The position numbers and the translations under genes were made by a program. Below the pieces are notes generated by a model. It did not search any database. It had not been told where the DNA came from and was given only the letters and a program-made list of their open reading frames with translations. A stretch of DNA of 64,000 bases. It comes from Lama glama (Eukaryota). Of this stretch, positions 1 to 11,090 are shown in pieces. Positions within the stretch are counted from its first letter, which is position 1. Each line of letters begins with the position of its first letter. The stretch covers positions 682,001 through 746,000 of the forward strand of contig JAPYYK010000093.1 of assembly GCA_028534125.1 (NCBI GenBank), given 5' to 3'.

Positions 1-1655
1 ATCTCATCTTACAGACAAGGAAACGAACTGAAAAAGGCTAAGGAGCTTGCTCATGTGCTGGCTGAACTGGGATTCTGGCACAAGCAGAATGACCCAGGAC
101 CTGGACCTTTGCCATCACACCAGGCTTGAAGAGGATGAGGCACAGGACAGGGATAGAGCAGGCAGAGAGGGCAGTCTAGGCAGAAGCCTGGAGGCCTGAA
201 ATCATGTGAACAGGGATGTATAGGGGCAAGGCAGTGATGGTGGTGAATGCCCTTGGATGAGTTCTGAATGCATTTCTGGATACCAGGGGCCTAATTTAAG
301 TTTCAGGGTATCTGAAGATCCAGATGTTAACATTTGGGGATGTAGCCTGGAGGCAGCACTTTAGATGGAGTTGAGAAGACCACCCTTCCAGGCCTGAGGG
401 CTGTCAACCACAGTGACCAGGCATCTCCATGTGTAATGGTGCCATGTGCCACACATACTTTGTCATCAATCCTGTCTGCATATCTTGGGCGCCTTCCTAG
501 GCCCACTAGACAGATGAAAAGACTGAGGCTTAACCTGCCCAACATCACACAAGCAGGAAGTGGCTGTGGTAGTATTTGAGCCCAGTCCTCTGACACCCCA
601 GCTGGAAGGAGAGTGAGCAGGCCAACTGAGGCCAACTGCAGCTCAGGGCTCCAATTCCCCGGGGGGCCCCAGTGCCGAGCTGGGGTGGCCCCAGGGCTGA
701 CGTGGCCTTCCAGGGCAAAGAGGAAAGTGATGAGTCAAACAAAAAGCACCAGATGTGGAGTGAGCTTTCCCCCCTCCCAGCTGCCCGGGTGCCAGACTTT
801 CACACCCCACAGAAGAGGGGCCCATTGGGGAGGGGAGGGCAGTGAAAGTGGCTGCTACTGGAAGGAGGTTCCGATGTACTCCGGATGTGGGGTGGGACTG
901 GCAGACTCCCAGACTCTGGTTCCCAGCTGACAGGTGGGTGAGAAAAGTGAGTCCTGTCTCTGCGTAAGCGGGTATAAAGCCTCCTGTATCATGGGAAGCA
1001 CAGGTCCTCAGGTCTGGGTGGTTCCGGGAGGAGTGTGTGGATGTGCCTAAAACCCTTCTTGAAGGCATTCCACAGCTCAAGAACTGACCAGAGCTCCCCA
1101 CTGCCTGCCTGCATGGAAACCCTGCCTCTTGCTCATTCTGCCCAGCCCTCTTGCCCAGACCCCTAGAGCTGTGGAGTTTGTTCTGTTAAACTAAATTTCA
1201 CATGGAACTCAAATAATATATATTTTTAAAAGATAAAGACAGCATCTTAAACATAAATATATTTTATAAATTCAGATTCTCAACACTTTGTTAGTGTTAA
1301 GTCCATCAAGGTGAAGAGTGATGAGTACTGTCGTTTGAACGGGGGGCTAGGGTGGAAGTGAACCTTATGTTAGCCTCAGAGTCCAGTTTCTTTCGGTATT
1401 TGATTTTGGTGGCACAGGACCAAGTGACCCCTGATTCTCACAGATAAATGATTACAAAAGTAGCAGTGTTTCTGACCACCTTGCAGTCTCCTTCATTCGC
1501 AGGGACAGCAGGAGAAGCTTTATGCCAAGCTCAGTCCAAATCTGGTTCTCTGGACACACAGGAAAGATTCTAAATGGTCATAATTTGGTGTTGTGCCCAT
1601 TTGAGTCTATGTGTGGTTTTTTTTAAAATTGGGCTTTTTCAATAGTTAAAAATAC

Positions 1656-1722
1656 AAAAGAAAGAGGGGGAAAGGAAGAGAAGGGAAGGAGAGAGGGAAA
1701 GGCGGGCAAGGGAGAGAGAAGG
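1656..1722. repeat. Polypurine (GA-rich) low-complexity tract
   Basis: 47 consecutive purines at 1656-1702, continuing almost purely to 1722. Confidence 0.85.
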
Positions 1723-4149
1723 AACTCATGTGGGGCATCTGAGGATGCCCTCTCTCAGATTCTTGGTGAGGTTAGCCTCTGGCTCTCCTGGGAAGCCCAC
1801 CCTGACTGCTCCATCCCTACGGGTCCTAAAGGTTCCAGTGTCTCCTCTCACCCAGCATTTGTCCCAGCAAGTGAATCTGGACTGCATGCTCCTGAAAAGT
1901 CTCTGGAGTTCACGACCTACAGCATGGACCTTCCAGATACTCAGTCCCTGGTTCTGGGGTGGGAAGAAGGCCCCAAGCAGGGTACAAGGACTAGGGGCTT
2001 CCCTTCACCCTGTGTGGTGCCTCTAGGGGTGGGAGGACTGGGGAAGCCAGTGCCCCTGAGAGTCTGGGGTTTCTGTACCTTCATTTCTGGGAACTTGCTA
2101 TGCTTTAGAAAGAGAGAAATGAGAAGCAAAACCCTAGGGCCCCAGCACACCCCCCACTCCTGTCTTCCTTCCGCTGAGTCACAGCCAAGAGCCTAGCACC
2201 TCAGCCTCCTCTGAGGCCATCTGGGTGGGGTGGAATTCAGAGTCATGTGAGGACACAGCATCCGGGACAGGTCCTTTTTTCCTGCCAGTATCATCTGTGA
2301 GGGGCCCTGGGTTGCTAAGGCTGAAACTACCTCCCAAGCTTGGAGAAGGGGTGACTGAGGTCCTTATTTGTCGTGTCCCCCCTCCCATTCCCAGGCATTT
2401 AGCATCAACTGTAAGACAGATGAGGTGGTTCAGGTGGGAACCTGTCATGGACTTGGACATCAGCTCCTCCTGACAGGCCTCCAATGAGTGGTTGGGTCCT
2501 TAGGCTTGCTCTGGTCAGCAGTGGGGAGCCATGAGGGCCAGGCCACATCACACGTGCACATCACAGAACCTGCACACCTCTACACAGGTGACCATAGGTA
2601 CGTGCATGGTGACAGGTGTGGGACTTGAGCACTTCGGTCCATGTCCATGGTCACAGGTGTCCACACAGGGCCTCCCTTGGATGGGGGAACTCCAGGCTCT
2701 GGGAACCAGTTCAGGACTGTATGTGTGTGGCATCTGTGAGGGTCCCTGTGTTGCTGAGGGTTGAGGCTACTTTCCAAGCTTGGAAAAGGGGTGACACGTT
2801 CTTATGGGGTGTCACCCTGTTTTAGAGGCCCAGCCACTATCTCTGAGTCATGGGAGCTCATGGGAACTCCCATTTTATGGAAAACTGAAGCCGAGAGGGC
2901 CTATGAATTGCCCAGGGTCACACAGCAAGTTGGGGAAGATCCAGAGGGGAATGAGCCAGACTCGGGCACCTGTCCATGACCTTGACCTTTTTGGCCTGGT
3001 ATTTGGGGCTTGGCACCCCTTGATGGCCACACTGCATCAAACTCTGGGTTGATTCTCCCAGCAAACCCACCTGGGGACCAACCACAGTGTCCTCCCAAGC
3101 CTCACTGACTATGCCCAGGGATTTCTCACACATTACATCTTTGCTTGTTCTGTCCTAGCTGCCTGGAATGCCCTTTCTCTCAAGTAATCTCTGTCTCTCT
3201 GTGTCTGATTCCTCAGATAAAATCCAGACTTGCAAATTCTGCTGAAATTCTTCTTCCACTTTCTCTGGTCCCCCTGGAAATTTCCCCTGCCTCCAGCCTC
3301 CCTCAGCCTCTGTACCCCCTCACTCCCACCCACTGTTCACCCACCTATTCATCATAAAATTGACCCCCAGAGCCCTAGGCTGGGGGTACAGGGTTCTTTG
3401 GGGCTGAGAGAGTGGGAGCCACACCCAGGCCAGCTCCGCCCTTCTGACTTTGCCAGTCACTGGGGTGGGCCCGGGAACCAGGAGAGGAAACAGGGCCTCT
3501 GCCAGGCCTCACCCTTTGCCTGCAACTCTGCTTCTTCCCTGACTGTCCAGAGGCCTGGAGCACTGTACTCTAGGCAAGATTGATCCTTCAGAGTTTGCCA
3601 TTCCAGGTTTTGCTTATTCCCCTGCACCCTGAGTACACCTCAACTGGGAGCGAGAACTGTTTGGTAGGATGGAGGGTAGGGTTTGAACAAAGAGTAGAGA
3701 CCCCTCAGATTTGTTGGGTGCTGCTCTTATATTAAATGGCCCCAGACAGAGTTTTCTGCTCCTTTCCAGAGCTCTTGCCTTTCACTTGGTCTCAGGAAGC
3801 AGGTGAGAGGCTGCCTTTGCCCTATGAGACTGAGCCCCATCACTGCCTGGCTATCCCCTCGCTCCCCTCTACCCCTGAATGGGAGCCTAAGATTGTCAGG
3901 CCTCCCCTTGGTGCTGGAGTATGAAGGAAAAATTGACACTAACACTGCCCACAAGGAGCTCATGGCCTAGTGGAGGACAGAGGCAAGTAAACAGGCCCTT
4001 ATCCTTGGGCCCTGCACCATACATTCGGTCACTATCTGCTCAGCACTGTGCCAGGCACTGGGCAGGGGCAGTATTCAGATAAGGCCCTGCTCACATGGAG
4101 TATATCCCTTCACACTCAAGTTCCCACACAGCAGTTGCAATGCTTGGCT

Positions 4150-5022
4150 TGAGGTTTGTCTGCCTCAGAGGCCAGCTTGATAGGTGACCAAAATTGCCAG
4201 GGAGCTCACCCCCTGGAGTAGCCCTAAGCCAGCGAGGGGTGGCAGTTGGTGGATACGCACCCCAGCTTCCTTATCTCTTGGGTAGGACAACTCTAAGGTG
4301 TGTTCTGCACCATCTCTCAACCGAGGACTGACCTCAGTTGCCCACAGAGGGAACCCACTTACTAAGAAACCTTCTTTGGCTTCCTTTCTTTCCCTGTCTC
4401 ACTTCCCCTCTCCTCCGTGTCAGGAACTGGGAAGGTGCTGAGATTTCACCCAACCTGCAAGCTAACAAGTTGTCATACTGCTGAGGATGCTGGCAGAAGA
4501 CACAAGACTCCTGCTTTAGGAACAAAGGTCAGTTTATTTTCTACAGTAACAGAGTAGACAGAGGATCAGCATTTTCTTGTACCACTTCCTGGAACCCCAG
4601 TTCCCACAGAGTGACCCAATAAGGGCCAGATGATGCCTGCAAATGCAGTAGATTGACAAGAGAGGAACCCTGAGTTCAGGGAACCCAAATCTTTTATAAC
4701 AGGCTGTAAGCAAACTTGCCCAACCTTTGCCCCAGAGGGAGCTATTATCTTTATTAATGGTGGATAAAACAAATCTGCCTTTTTCCCTGGAGGGAGACAG
4801 TATCTCTACCTTCTAAGGCTGTTCACTATAATCACCCTTGAAAGTGTTACTTGGAACAAGGGCAGTCAGTGCCTCTACCAGCAAGTGTACAGAAGTGGAA
4901 GACAACCAGGAAACATTGTCTCCCAATACCCTACTGGTGCTTCTTGACATCACCTCCGAAATAAGCTATTTATGTTTGGATCCTTGTCCCAGAGCCTGCC
5001 TCTGGGGAAAACCCTCCAAGAG
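4150..5022 (+). mobile_element. LTR16C-like ERVL solo LTR, split by a nested LTR (pieces about 4150-4417 and 4929-5022)
   Basis: Recalled LTR16C motifs (gttggtggata...ccccagcttcc, ccctgtctcacttcccc) stop at 4417 and resume at 4929 (ccctactggtgcttc...aaataagcta...ccttgtcccagagcctgcctctgggg). Confidence 0.6.
4418..4928 (-). mobile_element. LTR40-like ERVL solo LTR (about 510 bp)
   Basis: Minus strand starts T(A)TTGGGAGACAA and ends ...CAGTTCCTGACA; TATAAAA at 4692-4698 and AATAAA at 4533-4538 occur in LTR order. Family name from memory. Confidence 0.6.
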
Positions 5023-5559
5023 TGGGAAGATGACACTAAAGGGCATTAATGGATTTCTGATGTGGTTCTCATTTCTCCAGACCTGTCCTGCAAATAATGC
5101 AGGGGAGCCACACGAAGGAAGGTGTTTCCCTACCCAGAATCAATACTGTTGTGACTCCCAGGGAGGTGCTCTGAAGGACTCTTAGGGTTTCATTTTTCAT
5201 GTTTAAATATTTAGTCCATATAGAATTTATCATGGTTGCCTGTGTGAAGTAGACATTGCACTTCATTTTTTCCCAATTGTTCCACTACCATTTATTGGAA
5301 ATTGTACCTGGTCTGTCACTCCTCTAATCTGCCTGGAGCCTATTATGTAGAATGTATCACAAGCACACAGATGATCAGTTCACAGTAAGTGGACTAAAGA
5401 ACACGTGGGTATCACCATCACTGGTGAGGTGACACTCACCACTGGCACAGTGCGAGACAAACCCAACACTCACAGTGACACCATTCAGGCCCCAGGGAAA
5501 TGCAGGGGGTTTTGAACCAGCCTCAGAGTTCACAGAGGATCTGAACGTGAATTGGGAAG

Positions 5560-6245
5560 GTTTATTTCTATAAAAATACTTAAAACTTAATAGAAATTTC
5601 AAAAAGTTGAATAAAATTTTAGTTTTAAATCTTTTTGATTTAGATTTTTACATTAGTTCATTATAACTCAATAGTTTGTATTTTGACTTAATTTTCACTA
5701 ATTTTGATTATTTTAAAAACAACTTTTTGGACTATATTATAAATACTTTCAGTTTTAAAATATTTTAAATTTAATTTAGTTCATATTTTTGTGACCTTGA
5801 AATTTAATATTTTATTTTAACCTGTTAAATCACTACTGGCAGTAGATAGAAATTATGAAAATCTTGATTAGAAAACATAATATTTTTCCTGGAATAAAAG
5901 CAAGAACAGTAAATGTTACAGAAAAAGTATGTAATACCTTTTGAATTAGGCACATCTTTACCTTCTGACTCAAATCACTGGACGCCTGGACATGAGTAAC
6001 AACTCTTAAACTCAAGCATATTTGATATCTGACTTTCTGATATTTTATATGAATTTCAGACATATGAAAACTGCAGATTTACAGATTTTTTATTGTTATG
6101 AAAGTTTATTTGTTGAGTAGGAGGATAGAGCATATTTTATTAGCAGTTTGTGGCTTGATTTATGATTTTAAATATTTAGATTCTGTAGTGAGGGCCTCCA
6201 TTTGCCTTTCGCCTAGAGCACTGTGAACATCAGGGCCTGTGCTGC
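5560..6245 (+). mobile_element. AT-rich fossil of a hAT-type DNA transposon (3' part)
   Basis: Abrupt AT-rich block in a GC-rich region; 5885-5917 translates FPGIKARTVNV, resembling the hAT transposase C-terminal F-A-x-x-K-A-R-K-V motif. Boundaries approximate. Confidence 0.4.
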
Positions 6246-7888
6246 TGTGGAAGGAGCGGGTGTGTCCAGAGTTCTTCCTGCTGCAGTAAGGGCCAGAGAG
6301 AGAGTGCTTCTGGGACTCATGTCTACATGGGCTCATGGCCAAGGGGGAGTCGGAGGAGTGGGATGGGACTAGGGAGGAGCCCCCAAGGAGAAAATTCATC
6401 AAATCTATACATTTACTCCTCACCAGGATTCTGTAAGATAAGAATTCATGACTGGCTCAAGTTATGCAGGGTGCCTGGCTCTGGAACCACCTATATGTAG
6501 CAGGACACCAGTGTCCCCTGCAAACCCAGTAGGTGCCACCTAGCAGCTCTTCCCGCTCAGGTCAGGTGATTCCAGGTTCAGTCCTCCCATGGCAGCCTCC
6601 CAGTCAAGGCCAGCCTGGCCTTGGTGCAGATGTCATGGCCTCTGAGTGGTGGAGAATGCAGTGCTCCCACCGCCTGCTGCTGCAGGTCATGCCAGAGAAT
6701 TATGATAATGAACTAGGTCCCTAGGCTGCCCCACCATCCTCCTGCAGGGCTCAAAGGACCTCTCAGTCACAGCCCCACCTCACAGCCCCTGCCCAGGCAC
6801 TGAATCTCAGCCCTTCTCAACCCCAGGCCTGGCCTCTAGGGGATGCGCTGGGGGCGCCCTTCTCTGTGACTTGTTGGGGATGGGTGGGTAGCAGGCCTGG
6901 GGCTGTGATCAGTCAGATCCAAGGAGTGACCTGAGGACATGAGGGGAGAGGCAAGGGAGAGGAGAGTCTTGGCCAGTTAGGGTTCTCCATTCTTCTGAAG
7001 GCAAACAGGTTCTGAGTGGTTAAAAGTCTGCCCCAAGGTCACCCAACCAGAAAGGGAGAACCTTACTTCTCTGTGCCAGCCCTGACATGCTCCCCGGTCC
7101 CCTCAGCCAGACTTCAAGGCCACTGCTGACCCTGGGACCCTGTGATACGAATACTTATGGCAGCTCCCTGGAAGTGTGACTAGGCCCCAACCCAGTCTCA
7201 GAATAGGGTCACAACCCTCATGGCCTTCCTGGGGGCCCTGCAGCTTCTTTTTATTCTCTAAATAGGGTAACTATGGCTCCAATGGGCCAGATGTGTGCTC
7301 AGGATGCACAGCTGTGCACCGGTGGTAGGATCACACCAAGTGGCCTGACACTGGAGCAGGCCCCGTACCTCAGCTGTGGGACAGGGATCTGAGGGAGAGG
7401 CCCTGTAGGAAAGGACTGGCCTGAAGGAGAGACAGAAGTCCTGACCAGAAGTTGTCTGTCCACCAACAAGGGACTCAGCAAGCAGGGCCTGGCATTTTGC
7501 TCTCCCTTCTCCCCCTTAGCCCTTCATACCCCTGGCTGCTCACTCACACCTAACATCCCGCTTTCACCTGTGTCCCCACGCCTGCACAATGCCCTTCTCC
7601 CCAGGCACACACTCCCCTTTTCTCCCTACTCTTTCTGGTTGTCAACACTGTGCCTGTCCCTGGGCTGGACGCTAGGTACTGAAGAGGCTGCACCAGATCT
7701 GGGCCTGTCCTGGCAGATCCCTTAGAAGGGCCCTCCAGACTCAGTGTCAAGATAGGGGAGTCTAAGGGGACACCCGCAATCAGAGAGGGCTTACTGGGGA
7801 CAAGGACCCCGGCTGAGGCCTCAGCACCACATTCCCTTACCTAGGTCACAGCCCTGTCTCTGAGCCTCTCCCTGGAGTGGCCAAGAGG

Positions 7889-8870
7889 TTCCAGGAAGCG
7901 TCCCCTCGCTCTGCAGCGCCAATTCCAAGAACTGAGGCTCCTGGCAGCTCTTGCCCAGGATCCTTTCCTGGAACACAGGCCTCACCCCGCCCCGGCTGCT
8001 GGGTCTTATTGGGCAGCTGGTGGAGGAAGGGAGGGAAGGGGTGCCCTGGGCGGGGCCTCTGGGGTCCAGACACTGAGAGGTGGGCTTAGGCTGTCAGTCT
8101 GGAGGGGGTGGCCACACTAGGGTGGAGGCGGAGGTCAATGTGAAGGCATTCTGACTCCCTGCCAACTATGGGGGTGGGGGTAGGCCCAGTGTGTTCAGCT
8201 CAGAGCCTCCCTGCACACACAGGAGACTCACCCTTTAGGCTCAGAACTTGGGCCCAACTTGCTCCATTCCACCCTCCATCCCTCCACCACCACCCCGAAG
8301 TCCCATCTAGCAGGCAAATGACATGAGCCTTACTTTGGCCCCAGAGCAGGCCTTCATCAGATAACCTCCAGCGGTACAAGCCAGGGGACAGGAGTGGCAA
8401 GTTCTGAGCAGGGAAGGGGAGTGGGATAGTCAGTTCTTGGAAGGACATGACACCTATATTATTAATCTTGTTATAATTTCACCCTGCCTGATTATGACAG
8501 AGGAAATCATCTCACCCCACACCCTCAGCAAGTTGGGTTGGGTAGGTGGGGTTGGGGGTGACAGGCCCTGATTCGTGGGCAAGGACAGGGCCCAACTTCC
8601 CTCAAGGTCACTGGGCCTCCCCCTCTGGGGCGTGTCCTCCACACACCCGGCTCAGCCTGAGCTGGCACCAGGCCCGCAGACCCGCCTGGGACCTGCCAGA
8701 TCACATTGAGCAACCAGTTCCTGAGGAGCGTTGAAGGCTGTTTGGTTTAAAATTAACTCCCCCACTCCCCCCTCCCCTGCCTGCAGGCCTCCTCTGAGTT
8801 CTTGGAAGAGGCCTCTGCTCTTACTTCCTGGGAAGAGGCCTCTAGCCGCAGCTGCTGCGATTCTAGCGAA
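7889..8870. promoter_or_regulatory. Candidate distal STAT5 enhancer 3' of CISH
   Basis: Five perfect TTCYNRGAA sites (7889, 7923, 7965, 8434, 8799), two TTC-N4-GAA sites (8825, 8861) and a GC box near 7985. Confidence 0.65.
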
Positions 8871-9500
8871 AACACCTCATCCAGGGTGGGGGCGGGGGTG
8901 CCCATGCCACGCCTTCTCTGCCTTCTACCAGGCCCAGGGATCCTCGTGGAGCCTAGCACTCCCTAGTTCAGTCACTGAGACCCAGAGGAGACGGTGGGGG
9001 AGGGGGAGATTACCACAGTGCTGAGAGAGGGTGCTACTGCCCCAAAGCTCACAGCCCCGGATCAGGCATCTGCTGGCTCTGAGTAGAGAAAAAGGGCTAT
9101 AGAAACCCAGCCTGGACTCCTCTGGCATAGAGAGAGCGTGAGCTGATCACACTGACAGCAAACTCAGGACTTTGGTCTACTTTGAGACATATATGGCCCG
9201 GAGAGATAAAGCAATCTGCCCAGGGTCACCCAGCTTTGCCTGCCTCAGCTCAGCCTGCCCACTAGATGCCAGGGTGACAACACTGACCTGGGCAGGATGC
9301 CGAGGAGCCAGCCCCCTTAGGCACTCACACTGAGGTTAAGAGCTCTCTATTAGGACACTCCTCTTTGTCTCTTACCCACAATCCTCTGCCCTGGGAACCT
9401 GTCTTCTGGATAAGCCTTCGTTTTCCAGTGTCTCCTTGCGCTCTTTGTCTCATGGGCTTTGGAGAAAAGATTTCCTGAGAACCTGCTCTCCTAACAGCTC

Positions 9501-9639
9501 NNNNNNNNNNNNNNNNNNNNNNNNNNNNNNNNNNNNNNNNNNNNNNNNNNNNNNNNNNNNNNNNNNNNNNNNNNNNNNNNNNNNNNNNNNNNNNNNNNNN
9601 NNNNNNNNNNNNNNNNNNNNNNNNNNNNNNNNNNNNNNN
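9501..9639. other. Assembly gap (139 N)
   Basis: Run of N. Confidence 1.
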
Positions 9640-10331
9640 ACTGGTGGCGGTAGGGAGCAGAGAGGGGCTTCTTTGGAGAGGGCTGAGAGGTTAGGGGCAC
9701 TTTTAGAACAAAGGTTTGGCTCAATCCAGACTATGAGTGAAATCCTCACTCCTGATGGAGGAGGAGCCCAGCTCTGGTGACAAGAATGGCACAGTCTGGC
9801 TCCTTGGTGCTGGGTGTGGGGCGAGTCACTCCCTCTCCAGCCACACCATTGGATTGTAGGTCTCCCTAGTGGGGGCTGTGCAAATGAACAATCCTAGAGG
9901 ACTGCCTGGAGGAGTTGTGGAAGTCTCAAGTTCCCTTAGCCCTCAGAGTCCACTTCTTGTGCTCTGGGCCTTGCCTGCTTCAGCCAGGCCTGGGTCATGG
10001 AAGCAACTGTCTTTCCATTGAGCATAAAGCTTTGGCCACACAAAAAGCCTCCTTCTTTGGGTCTGCTGCATCTCCTGCTTAGAGATGAACATCAGCTTCT
10101 ACTCATTCCGTATTTCCCCAAAGCCAGGCATGGCTACTCTCCAACCACTCTGTGGCATGGGCACTACCACTATTTCTGTTTGACAGATGGGGAAACTGAG
10201 GCTCCAAGAGGTTATCCGTCTGTGATCCCAGGGTGATTTTGAAGGGGCTGAAATTTGAACTCTGCCTGAGTTCTTTCCACTTGGCTGATTTGCCTCTTCA
10301 AAGACATCCCCAGGGAACTTTCATGGGAAGC

Positions 10332-10362
<31 letters not shown>

Positions 10363-10390
10363 CAGACAGACAGACAGACAAAGAGAGAGA
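10332..10390. repeat. Compound microsatellite (TG)n(AG)n(ACAG)n
   Basis: Read directly. Confidence 0.95.
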
Positions 10391-10529
10391 AAGGGAGAAA
10401 AAGGGAAATAGAGAAATTTAGCCAAAGAATGGCTGTTTTGAACCTATTATAGAAAGTATGTTTTCTCCTCCCCAGGCTGGAGAGACCTGAGAAAACTCAA
10501 ATTCCAGGGAGATTCCCTAGGATGCAGTG

Positions 10530-11090
10530 GGTGCCTAACACAGGCATGAATAAGTACTGGAGAAGTTAAGGAAGACTTCTCAGAAAAAGAGCATTTGAGT
10601 TTGGTTTTGAAGGGTGAGTAAGAGTTTGTCCTGGCAGAAGTGAGGAAGAAGGATATTCCAGGATGAATGATAGAGTTGGAGGGCTGTTTGGAGGAAACCA
10701 GAATGGAATGGCTTGGCAGTTTGAGAAGCCATATCTTGGAGCCTAGGGTGAGACATGGGCGAGGTATGAGGGGAGCCTGTGAATATCACTAAGTGGGGAA
10801 GGCTGGACAAGATTGGGTTTGCAAGCCCCTCACTCTGAAGATGGTGGTAGGGCTGAAGGGGCCGATGAGGAGGCCATCAGGATGGTCCAGTCAGGTGAGT
10901 GACCAATGGTAAGGCTAGATCTGGGCAAAGCAGCCAGCAGGAGCAGCAAAAGGATAGCTTGAGAGGGATGAGGGGCAAAGGAGAGGGACTTGGAAATCAA
11001 CAGGCTAGGGAGTTGAATGTGAGGGTTATCTCCAAGATGGGAGGAGAGTGGAGGCATGTCTAGAGGGCAGTGAAGAGTCCAGGTCTGGAC
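10530..11090 (-). mobile_element. L2 LINE fragment
   Basis: gcatttgagtttggttttgaagggtgagtaagagtttgtcc...ggatattccagg: typical antisense L2. Boundaries approximate. Confidence 0.55.

Noticed and set aside
1170-1655. AT-rich block resembling a DNA transposon remnant
   Set aside because: I could not identify TIRs, a TSD or a family with confidence.
6830-6860. CTCF-like motifs (also near 9259, 9862 and 26228)
   Set aside because: Only partial matches by eye in GC-rich DNA; they cannot be supported without PWM scoring or ChIP data.
9436-9780. ORFs crossing the N gaps (also 48536-49087)
   Set aside because: Artefacts of translating N runs. Gap flanks may be low-quality sequence, so I did not trust motifs there.
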